Below are positions 1 to 8,946 of a stretch of DNA of 48,694 nucleotides, in pieces. The stretch covers positions 1 to 48,694 of the forward strand of contig CAKONF010000004.1 in the NCBI GenBank assembly GCA_934097015.1. Direction: 5' to 3'. The notes below the pieces were generated by a model. That model was not told the origin of the DNA and did no database searches. It worked only from the letters and a program-made list of their open reading frames with translations. The stretch's first letter is position 1; every line of letters starts with the position of its first letter. Source of the stretch: an uncultured Bacilli bacterium (GTDB lineage: Bacteria; Bacillota_I; Bacilli_A; RF39; UBA660). The translations under genes and the position numbers were made by a program.

Positions 1-1494
1 ACGTTAATAAGTGCAACAAATGTAGAACCAGGTGTTAGTTTTACAAAAATGTTTAGTGCAACAAATAATGGTAATAAGAAAATAGATGAATATGGAGTTG
101 CACTAGAGAATGTAATAAATACATTAGAAAGAACAGAGGATTTAGTATATACAATATCATGTACTCAATATTTAAAACAAGGATATAGTATTACAAAAGA
201 TGGAAATAATTACATAGTAAATGGAACAACGAGTGGAACATGTAATGGAGTAAGTGAAGAACAAATATTTCCAACAATGGGTAAAATACTAGTGACGAAT
301 TCTATAGAAGATGATAAAGTACAAGTATATACATTAGTCGTAACGTATAAAGATACAGGAACAGATCAAAGCATTGATATGAATAAACAATTTAGTGCAA
401 AAGTAAACTTAGTAAATCCAAGTACATTCGGAGTGCTAGGAAGTGGAACACTTGCAAGCATGATAATAGAAAATGGTGCTGATGTAAAAATAAGTGACAC
501 TGAAACAAAAAATACAAAAATTATCAAAACTACAGTTAATGTAAATGATGCTGCGACTGGATCATCATGGAGTGATGAAATAAATGATTTTACAAATGAT
601 GGGCTGTTTAGAACAATAGATGATTATGGGTCTGCATATTATTTTAGAGGACCTGTCACTAACAATTATATTGATTTCGCAGGAATGTGTTGGAGAATAG
701 TTCGTGTTTCTGGCGATGAAAGTATAAAACTTATACTTGAAGATCAATATGAGGTATGTTCTAATAATATGGCTGGAAATTGGGATATATCAATAGATGG
801 GCGTGGTTTATTTGGATATACAAAATATGATGAAAATACATTAACCGCTTCTGATGGAACTAAGAATGCGAAAAAAATTTATGTAGCAGATTATTTAACT
901 GGCAAAACAAATAGTGATAAATCAATGGCAACAGCATTTAAAAAATTCCAAACTGGACCTTTATTAAATTATTTATCTTATTTGAAAGTAGGAGATTGGT
1001 GTTTAAACGATAAAGCATATGCAACAGAAACTAATGATACAACACCTCTAACCAGTCAAGAAATATCAGATAAACAAATTAAAGGAATAACATATTATTA
1101 TGATTCACACGTTCGTTTAAAAGGTAAAAAAATAAAAGAACCTAAAATAAAATGTAATGGAACCATAATGACAAAATTTGATGAAAATAATTCTACAAAT
1201 ATGTATGTGGGAGCGTTAACAGCAGATGAAGTAGTATATTCTGGTAAATATTTAACCAACAATTATCAGATAAATAATTATTTATATTTTTGGACTTTAT
1301 CCCCTGACTATTACAATGGAAAAGAAAATTACGATTACATATATTTAGTAACACATAATTCAGTTATATATAGTAATGATGTGTGGGGACGCAGTCGCTC
1401 ACTTCGTCCATCCATAAATCTAAAATCAGGAATCAAAATAACAAGTGGAAATGGAACAAGTTCGAATCCTTATACAGTTAAACTTCCTAATTGA
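1..1494 (+). CDS. Secreted surface protein of the multi-copy TasA-like/variable/'WRIVR-GDGT-NPY' family; 5' end lies outside the window
   Basis: Frame 1 is open from base 1 (TLISATNVEPGVSFTKMFSATNNG...) and aligns with residues ~60-90 of the paralogs at 27441 and 29313. The C-terminal ~300 aa closely match 13601..15526 (NFAGMCWRIVRVSGD, DKSMATAFK, GDWCLNDKAYATET, RPSINLKSGIKI-SG-GT). Confidence 0.85.
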   Translation, partial: TLISATNVEPGVSFTKMFSATNNGNKKIDEYGVALENVINTLERTEDLVYTISCTQYLKQGYSITKDGNNYIVNGTTSGTCNGVSEEQIFPTMGKILVTNSIEDDKVQVYTLVVTYKDTGTDQSIDMNKQFSAKVNLVNPSTFGVLGSGTLASMIIENGADVKISDTETKNTKIIKTTVNVNDAATGSSWSDEINDFTNDGLFRTIDDYGSAYYFRGPVTNNYIDFAGMCWRIVRVSGDESIKLILEDQYEVCSNNMAGNWDISIDGRGLFGYTKYDENTLTASDGTKNAKKIYVADYLTGKTNSDKSMATAFKKFQTGPLLNYLSYLKVGDWCLNDKAYATETNDTTPLTSQEISDKQIKGITYYYDSHVRLKGKKIKEPKIKCNGTIMTKFDENNSTNMYVGALTADEVVYSGKYLTNNYQINNYLYFWTLSPDYYNGKENYDYIYLVTHNSVIYSNDVWGRSRSLRPSINLKSGIKITSGNGTSSNPYTVKLPN

Positions 1495-1514
1495 TAACGA
1501 ATTTCAAAAAGGTA

Positions 1515-1682
1515 TTGAATAAAATATCTTTTTTTGATATAGTTTTATTAAGGTAGAAATACCAGTAAATAAATTTTCTATTCATAAAAAAAGATGTTAA
1601 TTAAAGACTTTATACTTCTCTCCCGACCTCGAATTTTTGTTCGAGGGGGTATAAATAAGAAGTAAAATAAAGTCTTTTTTGT
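1515..1682 (+). promoter_or_regulatory. Leader element copy A: sigmaA-like promoter, GNRA hairpin and long terminator-like hairpin with a G5 tract
   Basis: TTGAAT(1515-1520)-17 nt-TATAGT(1538-1543) with TG at -14/-15. GGTA-GAAA-TACC at 1552-1563. Nested stems AAAGACTTTA(1603-1612)/TAAAGTCTTT(1668-1677), ACTTCT/AGAAGT and CCTCGAA-TTTTTG-TTCGAGG. G5 at 1645-1649. T-run at 1675-1680. Related copies at 13428, 27149 and 48563. Confidence 0.6.
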
Positions 1683-1773
1683 ATGAAAATATGACAAATT
1701 ATTTTATAATTCTAAGATATAATTAGTACTATAGGCCCATAGTAAATTATATTAAAAAAATTATATAATATAT

Positions 1774-2249
1774 TTGTTAGATATGAAAGGTAAAGTGAAG
1801 CATATGAATAGAACTAAAAAAATATATTTCTTATTTAGCTTTGTAATGATAATTGCATGTTATACACTAAATAAAAGTTATAGTCTATTTATAGATAGCA
1901 AAGAACAAAATGTAGTAGATTCTAAAGTACCTAATTTAGTTAGTGAATTATCTGTTAATAATATAATTTTAAATAGTAAAGAAGAATACTTAATAAAAGA
2001 AACAATAACTAATACTAGCTAAGTACCAATAAATTATGCATTAAATAGTACAGGAAGTAATTATACTATTAAAATAACAACAGAAGTTATGCAAGTTCAT
2101 TTTTCATAAATTACTCTGGATATGTCAACGCTGACAGCTTACATACAAATGTAATTTCATTCCTTCCAACAATAACTCTCTTATCAAGCACACAAACAAC
2201 AAATGGTGATGGAACAAAAACAAATCCATATATAATTAATACTAATTAA
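1774..2249 (+). pseudogene. Decayed, internally deleted paralog of the surface-protein family
   Basis: The signal-peptide-like N-terminus (MNRTKKIYFLFSFVMIIACYTLNKSYSLF) runs into an in-frame TAG at 2020-2022. The family C-terminal motif (FLPTITLLSSTQTTNGDGTKTNPYIINTN*) is readable only in another frame, ending at 2249. About 1.4 kb of the usual gene body is absent. Confidence 0.7.
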
Positions 2250-2395
2250 AAATATAACCTTTTTCAATTAACTATATCTAATAAAAGATTACTAGCTAAT
2301 TGATAAAGTTTTTATTTATATTAAAATATATAAAATATCTATACATTTATATTTATATATGCTATACTAATTTTAGAATAAAAGGAGGGTTTAAT

Positions 2396-2494
2396 ATGAA
2401 TGATAGTGATGACAACAAAATTTATTATGGATTAATAATAAGATTGATAATAATAGCAATATTATTATATTGTATTAAAAAATTAAAAGTTTAA
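2396..2494 (+). CDS. Possible 32-aa hydrophobic peptide
   Basis: ATG at 2396 is preceded by AAAGGAGGG (2381-2389). The product MNDSDDNKIYYGLIIRLIIIAILLYCIKKLKV has one predicted TM helix. No homology recognised. Confidence 0.3.
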   Translation: MNDSDDNKIYYGLIIRLIIIAILLYCIKKLKV

Positions 2495-2540
2495 AATTAA
2501 TTTGATAGACTTATTTAAATTTGATAAAATATAGTTAGAA

Positions 2541-2903
2541 ATGAGTGATAATATGAATCAAATTAAATTAAAAAGAATAGGAAGTCAAATTGTTAAAGAA
2601 GTTAGTGAAATATTAAATAATGAAGCTAGAGATAAATTAATGCATACAATAACTATTACTGGTTGTGATGTATCAAGTGATTTAAGCTATGCAAAAATAT
2701 ATTTTACATGTATCTTAGATATTGATAAAAAACAAATCGAAAAAGAAATGGAAGAAGCAAGTGGATATATAAGACATGAACTTGCTAATCGTATTGATAT
2801 AAGACATACACCAAAATTAGTATTCAAATTTGATGAATCAATAGAATACGGAAATCACATTGATAAAATTATTAATGAAATTCATGGTGAAGACAATGAA
2901 TGA
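2541..2903 (+). CDS. rbfA: Ribosome-binding factor A
   Basis: Typical RbfA length and motifs (RIGSQIVKEVSEIL, ITITGCDVSSDLSYAKIYF, RHTPKLVFKFDES). Lies upstream of truB as in many bacteria. Confidence 0.9.
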   Translation: MSDNMNQIKLKRIGSQIVKEVSEILNNEARDKLMHTITITGCDVSSDLSYAKIYFTCILDIDKKQIEKEMEEASGYIRHELANRIDIRHTPKLVFKFDESIEYGNHIDKIINEIHGEDNE

Positions 2904-3852
2904 TATATTAGATGTTATAAAAAATAAAGATGATTTTGTCATAACAGCGCATCATCATCCAGATGGAGATGCAATTGGAAGTAGTTTGGGCCTTTATTTA
3001 GCACTAAAAAAAATTGGCAAAAAAGTAGATATAGTTATCGAAGGAGCTCCAAAAACATTTAATTATCTTGAAGGATTTAATGAAATAAAAGAATATAGTG
3101 ATAAAAAGTATAATGTAGGAATAATAGTTGATAATGCAGAAATAAATAGAATAAATAAAAAAGATTTACTTGACAAAGTAAAACAAAAGGTTGTTATAGA
3201 TCATCATATAAGTAATACACTTTATGGAGATATAAATTATATTGAAACTTTATCAAGTTGTTCTATGATTATATACAAACTAATTAAAAAATTAAATATA
3301 GAAATTGATACTAATATAGCAACAGCAATATATACAGGTATTTTAACAGATACAGGATGTTATAAAAATAAAAATGTAAATAGTGATACATTTATCGTAT
3401 CAAGTGAACTATCTAAAATAATAGATATAACTAAAGTAATTAAATTAGCAACATCAACAATTACTAAATCAGAATTTTCTCTAAGAAAAATTGGTATAGA
3501 AAATCTAGAGTTTTATAAAAATGATAGAATAGCTTTAACATATATAACAATAAATGATGTTATAAAATGTAATGGAACAAAAGAAGAATGTAGTAGTTTA
3601 GTAAATATTGCGAGAGAAATAAATACAGTTGAAGTATCTGTTCTTATAAGATATTTTGATGATGAAATTAGAGTATCATTAAGAAGTAATAATATAGATG
3701 TAAATAAAGTTGCAGAAAAATTTGGTTGTGGAGGCCATAAATATGCATCAGGAATATCATTCAATCCTGAAGAAAAACAAGAAATAATAAAAGAAAAAAT
3801 AATTAAAGAATTAGAGAGTGCTATTGATGAATGGGATAATAATAGTAAATAA
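2896..3852 (+). CDS. nrnA: DHH/DHHA1 phosphoesterase (NrnA-like oligoribonuclease/pAp phosphatase)
   Basis: HHHPDGDAIGS, VIDHH and GCGGHKYASG motifs. ATG at 2896 (MNDILDVIKNK) overlaps the rbfA stop. Confidence 0.8.
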   Translation: MNDILDVIKNKDDFVITAHHHPDGDAIGSSLGLYLALKKIGKKVDIVIEGAPKTFNYLEGFNEIKEYSDKKYNVGIIVDNAEINRINKKDLLDKVKQKVVIDHHISNTLYGDINYIETLSSCSMIIYKLIKKLNIEIDTNIATAIYTGILTDTGCYKNKNVNSDTFIVSSELSKIIDITKVIKLATSTITKSEFSLRKIGIENLEFYKNDRIALTYITINDVIKCNGTKEECSSLVNIAREINTVEVSVLIRYFDDEIRVSLRSNNIDVNKVAEKFGCGGHKYASGISFNPEEKQEIIKEKIIKELESAIDEWDNNSK

Positions 3853-4666
3853 AGAAAAAGAATATACTTCAAGAGATGTTGTAAATGTAATTTCTAAACT
3901 GTTAGGTACAAAAAAAGTAGGACATACAGGTACTCTAGATCCAATAGCAACTGGAGTACTCGTTGTTTGTATTGGAAAATGTACTAAGCTATGTGATTAT
4001 TTTACAAATAATGATAAAGAATACATTGCAGAATTTAAACTAGGATATGAAACAGATACACTTGATTATACAGGCAATATTATAAAAGAAAGTACAAAAA
4101 AAGTTGATAAACAACAAATAATAGACGTAATAAATAGTTTTCAAGGCGAATATCATCAACAAGTTCCAATTTATAGTGCAGTTAAAATTAACGGAAAAAA
4201 ATTATATGAATATGCAAGAAACAATATAAAAGTAGATCTACCAACAAGATTAGTGAATATAAAAAATATAGAAATATTAGAAATTAATAATATCATAAAA
4301 ATAAAATGCTTAGTTAGCAAAGGTACTTATATAAGAAGTTTAATTAGAGATATTGGAGAAAAATTAGGTACATATGCAACTATGACAGAACTAACAAGAA
4401 CTAAACAAGGAAAATTTAAAATAGAAGATAGTTTTACTTTAGATGAAATAAAAAATAATAAATATAAATTACATTCTCTAGATGAAATATTTAATAAATA
4501 TCCAAAAATAGAATTAAATGAAGATGAATATAAAAAGATAAAAAATGGTATTATTATAAACAATGAATATAATAGCGATTATGTATTATTTTATTATAAA
4601 AATAAATTAATTAGTATATATAAAGAATATGAAAAAAGTAAGTTGAAACCATTCATTATGATTTAG
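3827..4666 (+). CDS. truB: tRNA pseudouridine(55) synthase
   Basis: NGIIIVNKEKEYTSRDVV and GHTGTLDPIATGVLVVCIG (catalytic Asp motif). rbfA-truB synteny. Confidence 0.9.
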   Translation: MNGIIIVNKEKEYTSRDVVNVISKLLGTKKVGHTGTLDPIATGVLVVCIGKCTKLCDYFTNNDKEYIAEFKLGYETDTLDYTGNIIKESTKKVDKQQIIDVINSFQGEYHQQVPIYSAVKINGKKLYEYARNNIKVDLPTRLVNIKNIEILEINNIIKIKCLVSKGTYIRSLIRDIGEKLGTYATMTELTRTKQGKFKIEDSFTLDEIKNNKYKLHSLDEIFNKYPKIELNEDEYKKIKNGIIINNEYNSDYVLFYYKNKLISIYKEYEKSKLKPFIMI

Positions 4667-5318
4667 AACTTACTTTTTTTATTGAATAAAACAAAGAAAC
4701 TAATATAGTACTAAATATAACAATAACAAAATTACTAGTTAAATGTAATATCATTTGTTCAAAATCAATATTGCCAAAAGTATCATTTATTGTAGTATAA
4801 CATATAGTATCTAAAGTTAATGGTATAAACATAGATAAACTAAATGCAATAAATTTCTTTGTATAAGGTTCCATAGCTTCATATAAAATTAATATAATAG
4901 TATGACTAAAATAAAATAATAATGAAGTAGTAATAACATTTAGCAAATTAGGATAATAAAATAATTTCTTACCTATATGTAATGTATTTGGAGTGTATAA
5001 CTTTCTTAAAGCAGAATCTATATTTTTAGTATAATAATTAGCAGGTATATTATTTAATATAGTTAAAATTAATATTAGAATTAAAAATATACAAGTAGTT
5101 TTAATAATAGTTTTATGAGTTTCTTTAAAACCTATTTTATTATATAAAAGTATAATAAATAAAAATGTAATTGGATAAACAATATTAGAAATACTAGTTT
5201 CTAATACATTATTTGGTTCAATAAATATATATTTTAATCTAACAATTTCACATATAATTACAAAAGTTATTAATAAATATGTGATAAATGTACTATTTTT
5301 CAATCCCTTTTTATTCAT
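4656..5318 (-). CDS. Polytopic integral membrane protein (possibly VUT/YhhQ-like; weak)
   Basis: 220 aa with about 6 hydrophobic segments. 'VYPITFLF' faintly recalls the DUF165/VUT family. No firm motif. Confidence 0.55.
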   Translation of the reverse strand: MNKKGLKNSTFITYLLITFVIICEIVRLKYIFIEPNNVLETSISNIVYPITFLFIILLYNKIGFKETHKTIIKTTCIFLILILILTILNNIPANYYTKNIDSALRKLYTPNTLHIGKKLFYYPNLLNVITTSLLFYFSHTIILILYEAMEPYTKKFIAFSLSMFIPLTLDTICYTTINDTFGNIDFEQMILHLTSNFVIVIFSTILVSLFYSIKKVSSKS

Positions 5319-5411
5319 ACTATCACCTATAATAAAATATTATCATAAATAAATAATTTAGTCTAGTAAATTAAGTTATTATTTGTTATTATATTTTCTG
5401 GAAGTGATAGT

Positions 5412-6596
5412 ATGAATAAAATTATTATTATTAAATATGGAGAATTATCAACAAAAAAAGATAATATTAATTATTTTTTATCTTGTTTAAAAGATAATAT
5501 AAAAAATAGTATAGGTGATGAAGCAACAATAACATTTGATAGAGGAAGAATGTTTATTAAAACAAACGAAGATAATTATGAAAAAATATTACATAAATTA
5601 AAATATGTATTTGGTATACATGAAATTAATTTGGGATATAAAATTGAAAGTAATGACATAACTGATATAGAAAAAGCATTAAAAGATTTAATTAAAAATA
5701 AAGAATTTAATACTTTTAAGGTAGAAACTAAAAGAAGTTATAAAAATTATAAAATGAATAGTATGGAAGTATCTAAATATTTAGGTGGAGTGGTTCTTAA
5801 ATTACTAAAAAACGTTAAAGTTGATGTGCACAATCCTGAATGTTTAATAAATATCGAAATAAGAAGTGATAGTGCTTACATATATTTTGATAAAATAAAT
5901 GGTATTGGTGGATATCCTGTTGGCTCACTAGGAAAAGGTATTCTTATGCTCAGTGGAGGAATAGATAGTCCTGTAGCAGGTTATTTAGCTCTAAAAAGGG
6001 GAGTAAGAATTGAGGGAGTTTATTTTGAAAGTCCCCCACATACAAGTGAAGCTGCAAAAAACAAAGTTAAAGAATTAGCAAAAACTTTAACAAATTATAG
6101 TGGATACATAAAATTACACATAGTAAACTTTACAGATATACAAGAAGAAATTTATAAAAAAATACCACACGAATATTTAATAACAATAATGAGACGAATG
6201 ATGTATAGAATAACAGAAAGATTGGCAAAAAAGAATAACGCAAAAGTAATAATAAATGGAGAATCAATAGGACAAGTTGCAAGTCAAACATTAACTAGTA
6301 TGAATGTTATAAATAATGTTGTATCTATTCCTGTAATAAGACCAGTTGCATGTTTAGATAAGTTAGAAATTATTGATATATCAAAAAAAATAAATACTTA
6401 TGAAACTAGCATACTTCCATATGAAGACTGTTGTACTATATTTGTTCCAGAACATCCAGTAATAAATCCAACACTTGAAAAATGTGAAGAATATGAGAAA
6501 TTAATTGATATAGATAAATTATTAAATGAAACTATGAAAAGTATAGAAACAATAAAAATATTTAATGAAGAAAAAGAATTTAAAGATGTATTATAA
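5412..6596 (+). CDS. thiI: tRNA 4-thiouridine(8) synthase ThiI
   Basis: THUMP-like N-terminus followed by the PP-loop LSGGIDSPVAGYL. Length 394 aa. Confidence 0.9.
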   Translation: MNKIIIIKYGELSTKKDNINYFLSCLKDNIKNSIGDEATITFDRGRMFIKTNEDNYEKILHKLKYVFGIHEINLGYKIESNDITDIEKALKDLIKNKEFNTFKVETKRSYKNYKMNSMEVSKYLGGVVLKLLKNVKVDVHNPECLINIEIRSDSAYIYFDKINGIGGYPVGSLGKGILMLSGGIDSPVAGYLALKRGVRIEGVYFESPPHTSEAAKNKVKELAKTLTNYSGYIKLHIVNFTDIQEEIYKKIPHEYLITIMRRMMYRITERLAKKNNAKVIINGESIGQVASQTLTSMNVINNVVSIPVIRPVACLDKLEIIDISKKINTYETSILPYEDCCTIFVPEHPVINPTLEKCEEYEKLIDIDKLLNETMKSIETIKIFNEEKEFKDVL

Positions 6597-6782
6597 ACAA
6601 TAAATTTACCATAATAATAATGGTGATAATTTTGAAAAACAGAAAAATAAAAACTGAATTTAATTCGTTATATCCAACAAAAAATACAAATATTTACAAC
6701 CTATATGATAATTATAATTTAAAACAAAAAAAAGTAAATAAAGATGGATTTAATGAAATTACAAAAAATAAACATTTCAAAT

Positions 6783-6807
6783 AGTATTGTAAAGCAATAC
6801 TTTTTTT
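6783..6807 (+). terminator. Rho-independent terminator-like hairpin
   Basis: AGTATTG-TAAA-GCAATACT followed by T7. Confidence 0.55.
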
Positions 6808-6842
6808 GATATTATTAAATATAGATTAGGATATGTGATAAT

Positions 6843-8891
6843 ATGGAACGTAATAAAAAAATTATTATAAGTGTAGTAGGTATAATATTAGTTTTATTAG
6901 GATTAATAGGTTTTACATATGGATATTACTTAACAAATATAAGAGGCAATACAAACGATAAATCTATAACAGTATCTTTAGAAACATTAGAACTAACATA
7001 TGATGATGGAAATGGATTTATAGAAGCAAAGGATGTACTACCAGGAGAAGAAATAACTACAAAGAAATTCACAATAACAAATACAGGTACAAAAAAAGTA
7101 GTTAATTACACAGTATATTTAGAAGATGTAGTAAATACATTTGCAGATAAAAGTGATTTAGATTTAACACTAAAATGTAGTTCTACAAACGGAACATGTA
7201 ATGGAAATGAAATGATATTTCCAAGTAGTAATAGTTTATTAGTATTAAATGATATAGAAGTAGGGGAAGTACAAAGTTATGAACTAAAAGTAGTATTTAA
7301 AGAAACAAATGATGATCAAACAGATAATATGCAAAAGAATATATCAGGAAATATAATAATAAAAGATTTTAGAAGTACAAAACAAGAAATAGTAAAAAAT
7401 GAAGGTACAAAAAATATAACACTTGATAATAGTATATTAACAAACTCATTATTATTATATGGAAATAGTACTCAAGAGACAAGAAGTGGTAAGAACTTAA
7501 TACCTTATCCTTATGCTTCAACTACTTTAACTTCTAATGGTGTTGTATGGACTGACAATAAAGATGGAAGTATTACAACTAGTGGTACAGCAACTGATTA
7601 TTCAGCGTTTATTTTATTTAATAAAATGGACATAAGTGCGTATCAAGGGAAAAATTTAACAGTATCTTTAAATTCAACTGATAATGTTAATATAGTATGT
7701 CAAATAGCACTCTATTCTTCAGATGGAACAACATCACTGTATAGTAATTCATCTAGTAATGATGTGACATTAAGTGTGCCGACTGAAGGAAAATATTTAT
7801 CATTATATTTAAAACGAAATAATAATGTTGCAACTAGTGGAACAATAAGACCACAGTTAGAATTAGCATCTACTGCAACAAGTTATGAAAAATATGGATC
7901 AAGTCCATCACCAAATTATCCAAGTGAAATTAAAAGTGTAGGAGATTTAGTATCGGATGCAAGTGATGCAAACAATGGCAAATATAAAATTCCAGTTAAA
8001 ATTACTGGTAAAAATTTGTTTGATAGCAAAGAATTAATGAATTTTGGTGCAACATTACAAAGTGATGGTAGTTATTATTGGGAAAAAGCCACATCTTCAT
8101 CAAATATTATATGGGAAAACAGTGAAGGTTATACTGGTAGATATACCATTACTTCTAAAATAAAATATAATAGTTCAACAGCTAGAGGAGAGTTTTTTAT
8201 ATTTAATTATACAGATGGTACAAAATATGAATATTGGGGAAGAGGTTTTCCTACTGAATATACTGAATTTACATTTACAACTCCTGCTGATAAAGTACTT
8301 AAAAATATTACAATTAGTTATGGTACTATCAATGTATCTACAAATATGTTAGACATACAATTAGAAAAAAGCAGTACATTAACTGAATATGAGTTATATA
8401 AAGAAACAGTATCAAATATATATTTGGATGAACCATTAAGAAAAATAGGTAATTATAGTGATTATATTGATTTAAAAAATAAAAAAGTTGTTAGAAATAT
8501 TGTAGAATATACTTTTACTGGAAATGAATCTTGGACTTTGGGACAATATCCGCCTACTGGAGCCTATCAATTTTATAAAAATAAATTTACTGATATGACA
8601 TCTGATGTTTCAGAAACTTTAAATACTCATTTTTCGAATGCTAGGAAAATTAATGGAAGTGGACTAGGTGGATCATATAATATATTTCCATCTACTGAAC
8701 TAAATTTAACTACTGTAGATGAATTTAAAACATGGTTAAAAAATAATAATGTAAAAGTAAATTATGTAATTACTACTCCAACAGAAAGTAATATTGATTT
8801 ATCAAATATAAAACTATATGATGGAATAAATAATATAACTATTGATACATCAATTAGTCCATCTAAAATAAGTACAGAATACATTAACTAG
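6843..8891 (+). CDS. Secreted protein with a SipW-type signal peptide and TasA-like N-domain, fused to a different C-terminal region (two 'GKNL...' modules)
   Basis: N-terminus MERNKKIIISVVGIILVLLGLIGFTYGYYLTNIRGNTNDKSITVSLETLELTYDD... parallels the family, as does ...QSYELKVVFKETNDDQTDNMQKNISGNIII. The C-terminal ~470 aa lack the WRIVR domain. Confidence 0.8.
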   Translation: MERNKKIIISVVGIILVLLGLIGFTYGYYLTNIRGNTNDKSITVSLETLELTYDDGNGFIEAKDVLPGEEITTKKFTITNTGTKKVVNYTVYLEDVVNTFADKSDLDLTLKCSSTNGTCNGNEMIFPSSNSLLVLNDIEVGEVQSYELKVVFKETNDDQTDNMQKNISGNIIIKDFRSTKQEIVKNEGTKNITLDNSILTNSLLLYGNSTQETRSGKNLIPYPYASTTLTSNGVVWTDNKDGSITTSGTATDYSAFILFNKMDISAYQGKNLTVSLNSTDNVNIVCQIALYSSDGTTSLYSNSSSNDVTLSVPTEGKYLSLYLKRNNNVATSGTIRPQLELASTATSYEKYGSSPSPNYPSEIKSVGDLVSDASDANNGKYKIPVKITGKNLFDSKELMNFGATLQSDGSYYWEKATSSSNIIWENSEGYTGRYTITSKIKYNSSTARGEFFIFNYTDGTKYEYWGRGFPTEYTEFTFTTPADKVLKNITISYGTINVSTNMLDIQLEKSSTLTEYELYKETVSNIYLDEPLRKIGNYSDYIDLKNKKVVRNIVEYTFTGNESWTLGQYPPTGAYQFYKNKFTDMTSDVSETLNTHFSNARKINGSGLGGSYNIFPSTELNLTTVDEFKTWLKNNNVKVNYVITTPTESNIDLSNIKLYDGINNITIDTSISPSKISTEYIN

Positions 8892-8913
8892 TGGTTTAAA
8901 AGCCACTTTTTTT
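8891..8913 (+). terminator. Rho-independent terminator
   Basis: GTGGTT-TAAA-AGCCAC followed by T7, immediately after the stop codon. Confidence 0.6.
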
Positions 8914-8946
8914 ATGTTATACTTATTTTAGATTAAGAGGTGCATT

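Noticed and set aside
6620-6784. 54-codon ORF (MVIILKNRKIKTEFNSLYPTKNTNIY...) between thiI and the terminator at 6783.
   Set aside because: No Shine-Dalgarno sequence, a K/N-rich low-complexity product, and no recognisable motif. It is more likely a 3' UTR or spacer. Not excluded, but unsupported.
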